This document shows, piece after piece, positions 31,144-41,935 of a stretch of 64,000 nucleotides of DNA. The DNA is from Candidatus Borrarchaeum weybense. Lineage in GTDB: Archaea > Asgardarchaeota > Sifarchaeia > Borrarchaeales > Borrarchaeaceae. The stretch's first letter is position 1. Each line of letters begins with the position of its first letter. Made by a program: the position numbers and the translations under genes. The notes under the pieces were generated by a model. It worked only from the letters and a program-made list of their open reading frames with translations. It ran no database searches and was not told the origin of the DNA. The stretch is taken from NCBI GenBank assembly GCA_019057385.1, contig JAHQJS010000004.1, positions 948,727 through 1,012,726 on the forward strand, written 5' to 3'.

Positions 31144-31941
31144 CTACCACAAAGCGCCTGGTACTTTCGGTAATCCGCTTCTATGGAGTCCCTCGATGAT
31201 GGGGATCGAAATTATGGTGATAACTACTGAAAAGGCAGGTCCCCACCAACTGTAACCGACGAATACCGCTTGTCCTAAATCTACAGGATACACGAAAAGG
31301 TACCAGAACGGCAGAAAGAATGGTATCAACCATACCATGACGGAGCTCATAATCGCGAGCAGTAGACCGACGAATTTCTTGCCTATACCTTCTATTTCTG
31401 TTTGACGTGCCCATTCTGGTATATATTTCCAACCAAGAGGACTAATCGTGATGATCAGCCAAGGAATCCAGTACCATCCACCAAGTGCAAAGAACAATCC
31501 TGGGTTTGTTGGATTGTCGAAAGTGGGTGGTCCAGGCACGTAGTATGGGAAGACACTTAACCAGATGCCCATAGCTATAGTGACAATGATATTTAGTCCC
31601 CAAATTATGCGCTTATTGCCGTTCGTAGCTAGATATACTAAAACTGCTGGCATCATTCCTACAACGAGCACATCTATTGGTCCTAGAGGAAACGAAGCTG
31701 GTGAAAGGAAGGCACCAATAATTCCACCAATAAGGGCTGCCAAGATACCAGCTGGTCCCAATACCAATGGTGCAATAGCTGAGAAGGCTACAGAAAGCGG
31801 GAGGAAACCTCCACCGCCTACATAGGGGAATAGTGGTACAAACGTCGTCGCACCTATCAAAGCCCCCCAAATCGCGATCCATGCTACAGAAACTCCTGCC
31901 GTACGTCCAGGGCTTTCTCTCCATTCGTCCCATTCTGACAT
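31144..31941 (-). CDS. Probable ECF substrate-binding S component
   Basis: Hydrophobic membrane protein with LVLGPAGILAALIGGIIG; upstream of ecfA/ecfT. Confidence 0.7.
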   Translation of the reverse strand: MSEWDEWRESPGRTAGVSVAWIAIWGALIGATTFVPLFPYVGGGGFLPLSVAFSAIAPLVLGPAGILAALIGGIIGAFLSPASFPLGPIDVLVVGMMPAVLVYLATNGNKRIIWGLNIIVTIAMGIWLSVFPYYVPGPPTFDNPTNPGLFFALGGWYWIPWLIITISPLGWKYIPEWARQTEIEGIGKKFVGLLLAIMSSVMVWLIPFFLPFWYLFVYPVDLGQAVFVGYSWWGPAFSVVITIISIPIIEGLHRSGLPKVPGALW

Positions 31942-32119
31942 TTAATATGCCCCAATTTTTTTTGTTATTTTTATAGAGTATGAAAGTGTCTTTAAGTATT
32001 AGAAATATATATTTCTTTGCGTATGTCTTGTATTTGTACAACAGTTAAACACAATTTTCAATATGTAACTATACAATTAGTTGGATTTTTACCTGATTTC
32101 TCTATGAAGTGGTGAATAA

Positions 32120-33256
32120 ATGATGATTGAAAAAACTGCACGGAGAGCATTAGACACTCTTGAACCATACGAGATTGAGATAAGCGACTTAGATGTTGTC
32201 AAACAATTCGCTCATGGACTAAAACCATCAGATGTGTTAAAATTTAATCTTAATACTAATCCATACCTTCCAACTCCTGTTCTTGAAGCATTCGCTCAAC
32301 AAATTACAGCACTTGACGTAAATGAATACCCCGATGCAACTTACATTTCTGTAAGAGAAGGTCTTACAAAATATCTTACCAGGTTTGGCGCGAAAGTTAA
32401 TGCTGAAAATATTATGATCACAAATGGTGCGGACGAAGCTCTAGATCATGTTACAAAATGTTTCATTGATGAACATGCTATTTCAATTCTTCCGCAACCA
32501 ACATACGCGATGTTTAAGGTACTTACAGAGATCATGGGAGGCAAAACTCTAGCTGTTCCTAGAAAAGAAGATTTTTCCATTGATGTTGATCTAATAAGGA
32601 AAAATATTAGTACTAAGACCAAATTACTCTTCGTCTGTTCACCAAATAACCCTACGGGTAATACTACGTCTAATTCGGATATAGAGGAATTACTTAATAT
32701 AGAAGATATTGTTGTCATGGTTGATGAAGCGTATGGGGAATTTGCTAAGGAAAGCGGTGAAGAAAGCGCTTTGAAATTCTTGAGCAAATATGATAACTTA
32801 ATTGTGGTTAAAACATTCTCCAAGGCATTTGGAATAGCAGGCGTGCGGGTCGGGTATATAATTACCAACACCGAAATTATGAATCTTCTTAACAAAATAA
32901 GATTTCCGAATTCTGTAGGAACAATTCCTGTAGCAATAGCAAATATAGCTCTGAATAACGTTGATTGGATGCTTTCTGTGGTAAAAAACCTCATCTCTGA
33001 ACGAAAAAGACTGGCACAAGAATTATCAGCATTTTCAGAGTTTCGTATCTTTCCTTCCTCAACAAATTTCTTACTCATTGAAGTTTCAAGCGATTGGAGT
33101 TCAGAGAACATAATGTTAGAGCTAATGAAACGCGGTATAGTAATAAGATCTTATCAAAATCCTTATATGAAAAATCACTTAAGAATAACGATCCGCTCAC
33201 CTGACCAGAATGACAAACTATTAGAAAATCTTAGCGAAATCATGCTTGAATCTTGA
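32120..33256 (+). CDS. hisC: Histidinol-phosphate aminotransferase
   Basis: LNTNPY, NEYPD, NGADE, SPNNPTG, DEAY, TFSKAFGIAGVRVGY. Confidence 0.92.
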   Translation: MMIEKTARRALDTLEPYEIEISDLDVVKQFAHGLKPSDVLKFNLNTNPYLPTPVLEAFAQQITALDVNEYPDATYISVREGLTKYLTRFGAKVNAENIMITNGADEALDHVTKCFIDEHAISILPQPTYAMFKVLTEIMGGKTLAVPRKEDFSIDVDLIRKNISTKTKLLFVCSPNNPTGNTTSNSDIEELLNIEDIVVMVDEAYGEFAKESGEESALKFLSKYDNLIVVKTFSKAFGIAGVRVGYIITNTEIMNLLNKIRFPNSVGTIPVAIANIALNNVDWMLSVVKNLISERKRLAQELSAFSEFRIFPSSTNFLLIEVSSDWSSENIMLELMKRGIVIRSYQNPYMKNHLRITIRSPDQNDKLLENLSEIMLES

Positions 33257-33433
33257 ACAACTTATGTTTTTGTAACCGATCAACGTATGACCTATTCTAT
33301 ATCAGATTTCAAAATAAATCATTAATTTCTATTTACGCTTTAAGGTCAATGTAGCTTGAATATGTTCGCAATCCAAAAAAAATTAAAAGAAAAACTGAAA
33401 AAAACAAAGAAAAGATACGCCGTATGATATCAC

Positions 33434-33619
33434 TTATTTACCTCTTCTAATAATCAGCCAGATTATCAAACCAATTATCCCTGTAATCAATACTATGATT
33501 AACCACAGTACACCGCTTTCACCCTTTGCTTCGGCATCTCTGTACACCCAGACTGCGATCAAAATTGCGATTATGAACCACACAATAAGTGGTATATACC
33601 ACAATAACCCATATTGCAT
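33434..33619 (-). CDS. Small two-TM membrane protein (PLDc_N-like), paralog 1
   Basis: WVYRDAEAKGESGVLWLIIVL. Confidence 0.8.
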   Translation of the reverse strand: MQYGLLWYIPLIVWFIIAILIAVWVYRDAEAKGESGVLWLIIVLITGIIGLIIWLIIRRGK

Positions 33620-33840
33620 TTTATTTTACCTTCCTTTTTGTTATTTGTACTAAGTAAAAAATTTCAATACTTCTATATAAGGTTTGTTTACGTCTCTGAT
33701 CAAGCCTTGTTTACGGTTCTGATAATCGTACTAATTACCAAAAGATTTTTAAAGTGAGTTTGAAAAAAGGTGAAAAATATTATAGAAAAACTTTGCTTCT
33801 TTAATTTAAGTGTAGAAAAAATTGGAAAAAAGGAAGAAGT

Positions 33841-34038
33841 TTAAGATACTACCGGTTTATCTCTTCTAATAATCAGCCAGATTATCAAACCGATTATTCC
33901 TGCAATCAGTACAATAATTAACCATAGTACTCCGCTCTCTCCCCTGCTTTCTGCATCTTTGTACACCCAGACTGCGACCACAATTGCGATTACGATCCAT
34001 ATTATAATAGGTCCCAGAAATATTATCCAATTCTGCAT
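33841..34038 (-). CDS. Small two-TM membrane protein (PLDc_N-like), paralog 2
   Basis: WVYKDAESRGESGVLWLIIVL; tandem duplicate with similar upstream ATACTTCTATATAA. Confidence 0.8.
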   Translation of the reverse strand: MQNWIIFLGPIIIWIVIAIVVAVWVYKDAESRGESGVLWLIIVLIAGIIGLIIWLIIRRDKPVVS

Positions 34039-34250
34039 TTTTTTTACCCTCTTTGTTTTATCCTACTCTATGTGAAAAATTTCTATACTTCTATATAAAG
34101 CTTGTTCTCACTATTTTCATCTTAGAACGCACTCTAGAAATCTATAAAGTCCTTCGTTTCATTATGGACACAAAAATCTTAAGAAGAAGACGAGCAAAAG
34201 ATAATCGAGATAAGATTCAAGAAAGAAAAGTGAAGTTTCTTAGAGAAGTT

Positions 34251-34718
34251 TTATAGCTTCAAAGAACCAAGCCATCCGCCAATAAGTGACCAGAGGATGG
34301 CGAGTGGGTAAACTATGAGAACAGTTGAGGTTAAAAGATAGTTAACGAAATCCTGTTGAAGCATTACCCCTAGAATGGCAAAGTCAAGCAGAAAATTAAG
34401 TATCATAATTATTAACCCTATCAGGAGAGAATCCGCAGCCCATACTGACATGGGTGTCCGGTAGACAGCTGCACGGACGATAAGAACCACAAGTATTGTA
34501 TTAATGACTCCTGTTATTAATACAGTAGTTAGATACAATTCGGGAGCATTTATAACAGCGTAACCAACAATTATGAAACCAATTATCCATGTAATGACAC
34601 CTAGGATCAAACCATAGACAATATCGTTTGTTATTTTGACCACCATTTTCACCACCATTAATACAGGTCTTATAATTTTCATTAATTTAAATCTAATCGA
34701 AAGATTTCTACTAGACAA
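34251..34718 (-). CDS. Four-TM hypothetical membrane protein
   Basis: Hydrophobic segments; start likely further downstream. Confidence 0.7.
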   Translation of the reverse strand: MSSRNLSIRFKLMKIIRPVLMVVKMVVKITNDIVYGLILGVITWIIGFIIVGYAVINAPELYLTTVLITGVINTILVVLIVRAAVYRTPMSVWAADSLLIGLIIMILNFLLDFAILGVMLQQDFVNYLLTSTVLIVYPLAILWSLIGGWLGSLKL

Positions 34719-34759
34719 GGAAAGCCAAAGGAATAAATTTCTTTAATTAAGTAGAAATA

Positions 34760-35938
34760 TTAGGTGCTTTGAACCGAGTTAGGATTCTCAAAAAATTGTG
34801 CAAGTACTGCAGTTGACTCGTCACTCCACGCCATTCCGATGTGACTGTGATTTTCCAATACAACAAATGCTCTGGCTTCGGGAGCTTGCTCAAATTGATT
34901 ACGTGTTTCGTCGATATCAAATAATGCGTCCTTATCGCCGATGATAAGCATTACGGGGACATTATAATACATCCAGAACATTGTGGCGCTTGTGGCTGCC
35001 ATGCCATTGACCATAGTCCACGTCCATTGATTCACCCTAAGTGGGTCTTGCATAGCGGTATTGATAGTTTCGTTAGCAAACTTGTGATTGAAGCCTACAC
35101 AGTATACGTGAGTGTCGCCAGATATCGCCTTTTGGATGGCATAATCATGGACTAAAGCGTAGTTGTCATTAGTCTCTCGAATATGATTTGGGGCTTGATA
35201 ATGATTGTAAGGAGCAACAAGAGCAATAGAATCGACTACTTCTGCTAAGTCCTTTTCTAGAGTCTTATTAACGTATTCGACAAAATGTGAAATGCATCCG
35301 CCTCCAGAACTATGTCCTGCTAGGTGAAACGTAGCTTTTGGCCATTTCTTTTTTAAGTCCTCGAGATGAGTGTTAAGATCACGCGAAATCTGATCCGCGT
35401 CTAAACAATCACCAATCCTGCCGGGATAATAGTTCGAATCGTCAACAGGAATTCTTGGGGTAAATGCAGGGTCACTACAATCTGTAGCTGACTTGCAGAC
35501 AGAAAGGCCATGCCCCCTCGTGTCAATGATTCGAGTAAAAACTCCTCGTTTCGCCAAGCCGTATCCCACCAAGGCATAGCGTCCTGAATGAGAAGTTGAT
35601 CCAGGAACGTATATTACTATAGGACCATTGCCATTCCATCCTTCTGGAACGAACTCTCGGTATGCTAAATTCAACCCTTCTTCTCCCGTCATGAATTTCG
35701 GTTCAGGCCCAGAAGGAGTGCCTGACAAAATAATCTCAGTTTCCCAGTCTGTTAGAGTATACGGTGTTGGTGGGGCCTGCTCAATCATTTCTTCTAACGT
35801 ACGTGAACGTTGGTTAAATAATGTCATAGCAAAAGTCACTACAGCAATCATGTAGATTATCGTACAAATTATGATAAAAGTCATCTTTTTTTTACGGATA
35901 ATTGATTTAATAGAACTAATATTATTCATCAAACCCAT
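34760..35938 (-). CDS. Membrane-anchored alpha/beta hydrolase
   Basis: N-terminal TM, DTRGHGLS, GHSSG nucleophile, GDKD, HSH. Confidence 0.85.
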   Translation of the reverse strand: MGLMNNISSIKSIIRKKKMTFIIICTIIYMIAVVTFAMTLFNQRSRTLEEMIEQAPPTPYTLTDWETEIILSGTPSGPEPKFMTGEEGLNLAYREFVPEGWNGNGPIVIYVPGSTSHSGRYALVGYGLAKRGVFTRIIDTRGHGLSVCKSATDCSDPAFTPRIPVDDSNYYPGRIGDCLDADQISRDLNTHLEDLKKKWPKATFHLAGHSSGGGCISHFVEYVNKTLEKDLAEVVDSIALVAPYNHYQAPNHIRETNDNYALVHDYAIQKAISGDTHVYCVGFNHKFANETINTAMQDPLRVNQWTWTMVNGMAATSATMFWMYYNVPVMLIIGDKDALFDIDETRNQFEQAPEARAFVVLENHSHIGMAWSDESTAVLAQFFENPNSVQST

Positions 35939-36096
35939 CTGATTGTTTTATGGAGTTTACGTTATTGCACCCTCATTGTATTTATAATTTTACAATAATG
36001 TGGTTCTTGCTTATTTAAACTAATTAAAACACAAATAAATTGAATTATTTTGGTCCTATGCACTTGTACGGCTTTTTTCTAAATAAATGTAATGCA

Positions 36097-37341
36097 TTAT
36101 TCTTTTAAAACTGGTAATGTAAATGCACCTTCAGGCAGAACTAACACGGAATCACCTGGCTCAATGACTTTTCGAATTGCCTCTTTTGGTGAATCATGAT
36201 AAGCCATACGCCATGATTCAACTGTTTCTCTTTTCAGACCTTTCGAAACAATATGAATATCCGCCTTTTCTCTTGTGCGGTTTATGTCATCATAAGCAAC
36301 TAAAACTTCGATAAGATCACGTGCAGTTCCGCTAAGTAAAATTTCTTTTAGTTCCGCTTCACTGAGTGTCGAATAGTAAGCAAAATCTTCTCTTCCAACG
36401 CCCTCATAGCTTGGTGTAAACAGGATAATTTTTCCTCTTGGTCTGACAGCAACTCTTGCATTATCGAAACCTTTTGAACCCTGATAAAAATTAAGATCCA
36501 TTGGGAATGAAGTCGCAATTACAACATCGTATTCTTCTGGAATAGTTCTTTCATAAACAGTTTTGGCGATTTCTACTCCTGCATCAAAGGCCTTAATCGG
36601 GTCACCTGCGACCAAGCCTAGGGGTTCCAGTTTTTTACCAAGGATAGCATTGACGATATAATCCATGCTTGCTATTTTTGCAGCCTCGTTCATGTCTTCG
36701 CGAATTGGATTTCCTTTCGTAACTCCTAAAAACTTCACATTAGGAAGAGTCATCATCTGATGATTATGATTGATTGAACGTCTATTTGAGACACCTGGCA
36801 AGATTACTTTTGTTCCTCCTCCATATCCTGCCCAGGGATGCGGCGCTACATCGGCCAGACCAATTTTTATATCAGCTTCTAAGACCCTGTTGTTAATATT
36901 TACCTCAGTACCTCGTTTCGTTTTTCCTAAGATGGTTGTATTTGTATCGACTTCATGTTGATAAATTTGAAACCGATCATAATACTTTCCAATTAATGCA
37001 CGCATTTCCTTTTCATTCATCTGCGGGTGAGTTCCCAGAGCGAAGACAATACTTATATTCTTATCAGGAATAGGGACCTGAGATAATCGTGATATGACAA
37101 AATCTATAAGAAGTTCATTTGGAGTAGGTCGTGCCTTATCACAGGCTATAATCACGATTTGATCGCCTTTATCGACCAGTTCTTCTAATTTTTGTTGTCC
37201 CACAGGGTTCTCTAATATACTATCAACCTCTTGCTCGGAGAGTGGTTGTCTTATTCCTGCAGTTTCTAAAACATCAATTTTTGCCGTGTCTGGTAAGTCA
37301 AGCGTGAGTTTTTCTTTCCCATAAGGTAGATTGATCTTCAA
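36097..37341 (-). CDS. larA: Nickel-pincer-dependent lactate racemase family (LarA)
   Basis: D.ARPTP, ALGTH, PHPWAGYGGG.K.ILPG, NFYQGSK. Confidence 0.9.
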   Translation of the reverse strand: MKINLPYGKEKLTLDLPDTAKIDVLETAGIRQPLSEQEVDSILENPVGQQKLEELVDKGDQIVIIACDKARPTPNELLIDFVISRLSQVPIPDKNISIVFALGTHPQMNEKEMRALIGKYYDRFQIYQHEVDTNTTILGKTKRGTEVNINNRVLEADIKIGLADVAPHPWAGYGGGTKVILPGVSNRRSINHNHQMMTLPNVKFLGVTKGNPIREDMNEAAKIASMDYIVNAILGKKLEPLGLVAGDPIKAFDAGVEIAKTVYERTIPEEYDVVIATSFPMDLNFYQGSKGFDNARVAVRPRGKIILFTPSYEGVGREDFAYYSTLSEAELKEILLSGTARDLIEVLVAYDDINRTREKADIHIVSKGLKRETVESWRMAYHDSPKEAIRKVIEPGDSVLVLPEGAFTLPVLKE

Positions 37342-37507
37342 GACTAATCCCCTTTAATGAAGTGTACATACCCTCTATAAAGTTTTTAGTAGGCAAATTT
37401 TGGAGTGACGAATGTGGTGTTCAGTTCAAAACATTAATAACTGCAACACATGAAGTCTTCAAAACTAACATTTGAGCAACGCAAATATTTAAGGAATGCA
37501 TTAGGGG

Positions 37508-38419
37508 TTGACTGAGATCTCAAACGTTTCAGGGATAGACCGGGTAACCTTCACGATGATGATGGCTGCTGTTTGGATCTATTCTCTAGGCTGGATTGTT
37601 ATCAAAATTGGGCTTAATGAACTCCCGCCCGTAAGTTTCGCTACCTTGAGATTTACGATAGCTACGTGTCTAATGATGGTATTTATTGGCGCGACAAGGC
37701 AATTTTCTGCTATAAAAACTTTTGAAAAAAGAGATTGGGGTATATTTCTTATCTTAGGCTTTGTGGGGGTATTCTTATGTTATGTGTTAACTTTTAGTGC
37801 TCTTACTCTCACAACTGCAACAGATGGAGGGGTATTAATAAATCTCGATGCCGTATTTATTGCAATCTTATCTATTCTCTTTTTGAATGAGAAATTTACT
37901 TTTTTTAAATCCGTTGGCTTCTTTGCCGCATTCTTGGGAGTGATCCTGATTTTAACACAGGGCGATTTGTTTTTCGGTGCTCTGACATCAGCTAGAATTC
38001 TAGGAAATTTCTTAATCATAGCTTCTGCTATATGCTGGGCCGTTTTCAGTGTAATTGGTAAAACGGTAACTGATAGATTCGAACCAGCCCTCGTAACAGG
38101 TTTAAGTTTTGCTATTGGTGCACCCATGCTTGCTGTGCTGAGTTTTTCAATAGAAGACGTAGGCTTGGTTTTAGCGGCATCAATGATTTCTTGGTCTTGC
38201 ATTCTTTATCTAGGCGTTGCAAACTCAATTGCAACCTTATTGTTTTTTACATGCTTGAAAAGAACTGAAGAGGCTTCCCGCGTTAGTGTTTTTTTCCTTC
38301 TCTTGCCAATCTTTGTGCCGATCCTTGCTTTTTTCATCATTGGAGAAATCATTACATATTTTACAGTCTTAGGCGCTATCCTAATAATATTGGGCGTCTA
38401 TTTTGTGGAACATCATTGA
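37508..38419 (+). CDS. DMT/EamA family transporter
   Basis: Ten TM, duplicated EamA pattern (LRF, LNEK, IGE). Confidence 0.9.
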   Translation: MTEISNVSGIDRVTFTMMMAAVWIYSLGWIVIKIGLNELPPVSFATLRFTIATCLMMVFIGATRQFSAIKTFEKRDWGIFLILGFVGVFLCYVLTFSALTLTTATDGGVLINLDAVFIAILSILFLNEKFTFFKSVGFFAAFLGVILILTQGDLFFGALTSARILGNFLIIASAICWAVFSVIGKTVTDRFEPALVTGLSFAIGAPMLAVLSFSIEDVGLVLAASMISWSCILYLGVANSIATLLFFTCLKRTEEASRVSVFFLLLPIFVPILAFFIIGEIITYFTVLGAILIILGVYFVEHH

Positions 38420-38593
38420 GTTTGAATATTGGTTTTTGCTATTTTTAAACAGACGATCCAAAGCTGTCATAGCATTTATTAAAGAGTGTGTCGGAATTTC
38501 TTATAACGAATATACACGGTCAATCCAAACATCTGGAACATGCTATAAACTGCAAAGTTTGGTTGATCGCCTTATTATGAGGAGGACAAATAC

Positions 38594-39202
38594 GTGAGTG
38601 AAATCAAAGTATTTCGCGCAGAAAAAGATGATTTAGTAGAATTATCAGATTTTGATGGGACTTTTACGAATGGAGACTGTTATCTTGTTGATACTGGTGA
38701 ACTTGGAAAAATCTATGTGTGGCTGGGCTCAGAGTGTTCAGTTGATGAGAAATTTCTGAGTAGTGTATCTTCTACAATGTTAGACCAAAGCCGTGGAGGA
38801 TTGCCAGACATAGATACAATCGAGGAAGGTTCAGAACCTCCAGAATTTCGAAATCTCTTCTCACGTTTCCGCGTAGTCGAGGGAGATATCCCAGGATTTC
38901 TGGAAGCGCCACCAGCTGAAACCTTTGTCAAGAAGATGTATCAAGTTGCTGGTGAAACATTTGGAGAAGTTGAAATGGCTCAAATTACTGTGAGTGATGA
39001 CAATCTTGATTCTGGCAATGTATACCTAATTGAGACACTAGAAACGATTTTTATTTGGATTGGCAAAGGAGCATCAGGAATGGAAAAATTCCGTGGAAAT
39101 GTTATGGCTAGAAAACTTAGAAGTAACCGAGGTGGTCGACCGAAGGTTCGCAGAATAGAAGAAGGACAAGAAACTGATGAATTTAGAAGTGTTTTTGATT
39201 AA
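38594..39202 (+). CDS. Two-domain gelsolin-like protein 1
   Basis: F..GDCYLVD...IYVWLGSECSVDEK...EGSEPPEFRNLF; second domain LDSGNVYLIE...IFIWIGKGAS..EK...EGQETDEF. Confidence 0.9.
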   Translation: MSEIKVFRAEKDDLVELSDFDGTFTNGDCYLVDTGELGKIYVWLGSECSVDEKFLSSVSSTMLDQSRGGLPDIDTIEEGSEPPEFRNLFSRFRVVEGDIPGFLEAPPAETFVKKMYQVAGETFGEVEMAQITVSDDNLDSGNVYLIETLETIFIWIGKGASGMEKFRGNVMARKLRSNRGGRPKVRRIEEGQETDEFRSVFD

Positions 39203-39254
39203 TACCTTTAGAGTAGTTAATTAACTCTTAATTAAGAAGGAGGAAACGAGTAAA

Positions 39255-39854
39255 ATGAAAGTGTTCCGTGTGGAAAAAGGAGAACTTGTAGAAATGCCCG
39301 AAGGTTTTAGCGAGTTTACAAGAGGCGATTCCTATTTAGTCGACGCGGGTTTAAAGATGTATTGCTGGATTGGAAGTGAATCAAGTGTCGATGAGAAATT
39401 CCTTACTTCAGTTAGTTCAGTCCTACTAGACCAAAGTCGTGGAGGAGAAGCTGATATCGATACCGTAGACGAAGGAGAAGAACCCCCAGAATTTCGAAGT
39501 CTCTTTGAGAATTTTATGGTAGTTGAAGGAGATCAGGCGGCATCCATATTAAAGAAACCTCCACCAACAACGTTCGCGAACAAGATGTACCGCATCGCCG
39601 GCGAGACATTTGAAGAAGTAGAATTGGCAAGAGTTCCTCTCACTAAGAATAATTTAGACTCTGGCAACTGCTATATCGTAGAAACGCTGGACACAATCTA
39701 CCTGTGGATCGGCAATGGAGCTTCTGCGAAAGAGAAGTTCAAAGCTAACATAGTGGCTAGGAAACTACGAAGTGATCGAGGAGGTCGACCTAGGGTTCTT
39801 AGAATCGAGGAAGGTGACAAAGTAACACAAGCTTTTGAAGAAGCCTTCGAATAA
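39255..39854 (+). CDS. Two-domain gelsolin-like protein 2
   Basis: Same motifs; close paralog of the upstream gene. Confidence 0.9.
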   Translation: MKVFRVEKGELVEMPEGFSEFTRGDSYLVDAGLKMYCWIGSESSVDEKFLTSVSSVLLDQSRGGEADIDTVDEGEEPPEFRSLFENFMVVEGDQAASILKKPPPTTFANKMYRIAGETFEEVELARVPLTKNNLDSGNCYIVETLDTIYLWIGNGASAKEKFKANIVARKLRSDRGGRPRVLRIEEGDKVTQAFEEAFE

Positions 39855-40005
39855 CAAGTCCTCTTTTTTTTATATTATTGTAATGAACTATACTATATCT
39901 GATGTATTCCTTTTTTTTCAGGTATTAGTTCTATTAAGGCCTATAAATAAATAAAACAAAAAAAACTTGATTAAAAAAAAAGAAATATATTATGAGATTA
40001 TCTGT

Positions 40006-41142
40006 CTAAGATTTTGGATTTGCTGTATCTAAGAATTTCTTAGCAACTTGAGGTAAATCAATTTTCTGCGATCGAAGTAAGTCTTGTAGTACTTGAATAA
40101 ACGGAATAACTGCGCCTGCGATGCTGCCAAATGCGCTATTTGAGTCACCTATTACGTACATCTTTTCAATTGGGAGTTTCTGGAAGATTCCAGGAATCGC
40201 TTCAATGAGTTTTAATTGAAATAGGCGTTCATCTGATTCTTTTAAAGCCATGATTTGTTGCAAAACACCCTCAGCTTCAGCAACCAGATCTTGTTTTATT
40301 TTTGCAGCGTCACCTTCAGCAATTAATTGAAGGCGATTTTTTTCTGCAGTAGCTTCAACCTCAATACGTTGTCGTTCAAGTTCTTGTACTTTCACTTCCC
40401 GCTGTTTAGCTTTAGATTGAATTTCGAGTTGAATTTCTTGCTCTGCTACTCCAGTTTTCTCAAGGACATCCAAATCTCGCATTCTTGTTATCTCACGCAT
40501 TTCAGCCTGCCGAAGCTTAGCTTTTTGTTCCTCTGCTGCTTTCTTCACAGCTTCCATATTTCCCTTCAGTTCAGGATCTAAAACTTCGACATCACGTATC
40601 TCTACGCTGTGGGCGGTCACACCCCAGTTTGCCATGAGGTCATGAAGTTCGCTAATCACAGCATCAATAATTTTGGATCGTTCTCTAATTATATCCTCAA
40701 GCGCCATATTTGCACACGTGGTCCTGATGATACTCTCAGCAGCATTTTTGATTACAGTTTCAACATAATCTCCTGAACGTTTATCCCAACTAACACTTGT
40801 AAAAGCTGCACTCGGTTCAGTTACTTGCCAAAAAACGAATCCTGTAACTCCAATGTTCTGATATTCTCTTGAAACTACTTTTTCTTTTGCCTCAAGCGAT
40901 GTCTGTTGGATCGTAGTCGGTATCACAATTACTTCGTCAATCAGCGGGAGTAAAAACAATCGTCCACCAAGCCCTGCTCTCTTCACTTTACCATTTCTTA
41001 GAAAAATTACAAATTCATTTGTCTTGAATTTGCGATATCTGGTTAGCAGGTATAGCAGAAAGAAGAAGAACAGAACAGTCACAGTCACAATCCAAACGCT
41101 GTATGGACCTAAAACTCCTAACTGAAGCATTTTATAGTTCAC
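40006..41142 (-). CDS. SPFH/flotillin-like protein
   Basis: N-terminal TM, SPFH core, Ala/Glu-rich coiled coil. Confidence 0.85.
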   Translation of the reverse strand: MNYKMLQLGVLGPYSVWIVTVTVLFFFFLLYLLTRYRKFKTNEFVIFLRNGKVKRAGLGGRLFLLPLIDEVIVIPTTIQQTSLEAKEKVVSREYQNIGVTGFVFWQVTEPSAAFTSVSWDKRSGDYVETVIKNAAESIIRTTCANMALEDIIRERSKIIDAVISELHDLMANWGVTAHSVEIRDVEVLDPELKGNMEAVKKAAEEQKAKLRQAEMREITRMRDLDVLEKTGVAEQEIQLEIQSKAKQREVKVQELERQRIEVEATAEKNRLQLIAEGDAAKIKQDLVAEAEGVLQQIMALKESDERLFQLKLIEAIPGIFQKLPIEKMYVIGDSNSAFGSIAGAVIPFIQVLQDLLRSQKIDLPQVAKKFLDTANPKS

Positions 41143-41935
41143 TCTCCTTATTAATTCTTTTTACAAGGCAGGTGGTTCCTTCTGCGTCTAATATTTCAAC
41201 TATATCTCCTTTGTAGAATTCTTCGCCGGCTTCATATGATTTAGCGGGTAATAAGATTGACCCCATAGGGCCTTCTATAGTAACACGCACTGAGCCTCCT
41301 CGATACGTTGTCTGATGAACAATAGTGCCTTTTTTTCCCACAAGTTCTTTTGGATGAACAATGCTACCAAGTTCACTTTTTGCAATTCTTTTCCATAGCG
41401 CACGAACCGATGCTGAAAGAATTATCGGCGTTAAGAAGATTATTAGAGTTCTTAAAAATGAATCCATTTGGATTTGAAAGAGACTGATGCCCATCGCTCC
41501 AAAACTCAACATAAATGTTGATACAAGGAGAATTATCGGAGCACTATCACCACTTGCTTCAGTGTGTACATCTTCATGTCCCACTCCGTGTGAAAGGTCG
41601 TGATCTCCAACATCGTGCCCATCTATACTATGATCCCCAACGTCATGACTAATATCATGACTGACGTCGTGCCCATCTATGTCATGTCCATCTACACTAT
41701 GATCTCCGCCATGGTCAAAACTAACGCCGAGAAGAATGGCTGTCAGTACAAAGAGTATTATACCTGAAATGAAAAAACCGACCGATATATCTAATAGAAC
41801 TGCGTCAAAGCCGCTTATTTCCAGGAGGATTGCATTAAAGCCGTTTATTTCCAATAGGATTGTTCCCATACCCATACCCACCACTGCCAATGTATTTTTT
41901 AGAGAATAATCTACCCTGGTGCTAAAGACTAGCAC
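41132..41935 (-). CDS. NfeD-like membrane partner with His/Asp-rich repeat linker
   Basis: TM helices, DGHD/SHD repeats, C-terminal LVGKKG...OB fold; overlaps flotillin start. Confidence 0.8.
   Translation of the reverse strand: MLVFSTRVDYSLKNTLAVVGMGMGTILLEINGFNAILLEISGFDAVLLDISVGFFISGIILFVLTAILLGVSFDHGGDHSVDGHDIDGHDVSHDISHDVGDHSIDGHDVGDHDLSHGVGHEDVHTEASGDSAPIILLVSTFMLSFGAMGISLFQIQMDSFLRTLIIFLTPIILSASVRALWKRIAKSELGSIVHPKELVGKKGTIVHQTTYRGGSVRVTIEGPMGSILLPAKSYEAGEEFYKGDIVEILDAEGTTCLVKRINKESEL

Noticed and set aside
30855-32119. Riboswitch for the ECF transporter
   Set aside because: No recognisable TPP/FMN/cobalamin consensus in the intergenic regions.
32446-33111. Long antisense ORF (and similar shadow ORFs across the window)
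   Set aside because: Lies opposite a well-supported gene (hisC); artefact of codon bias.
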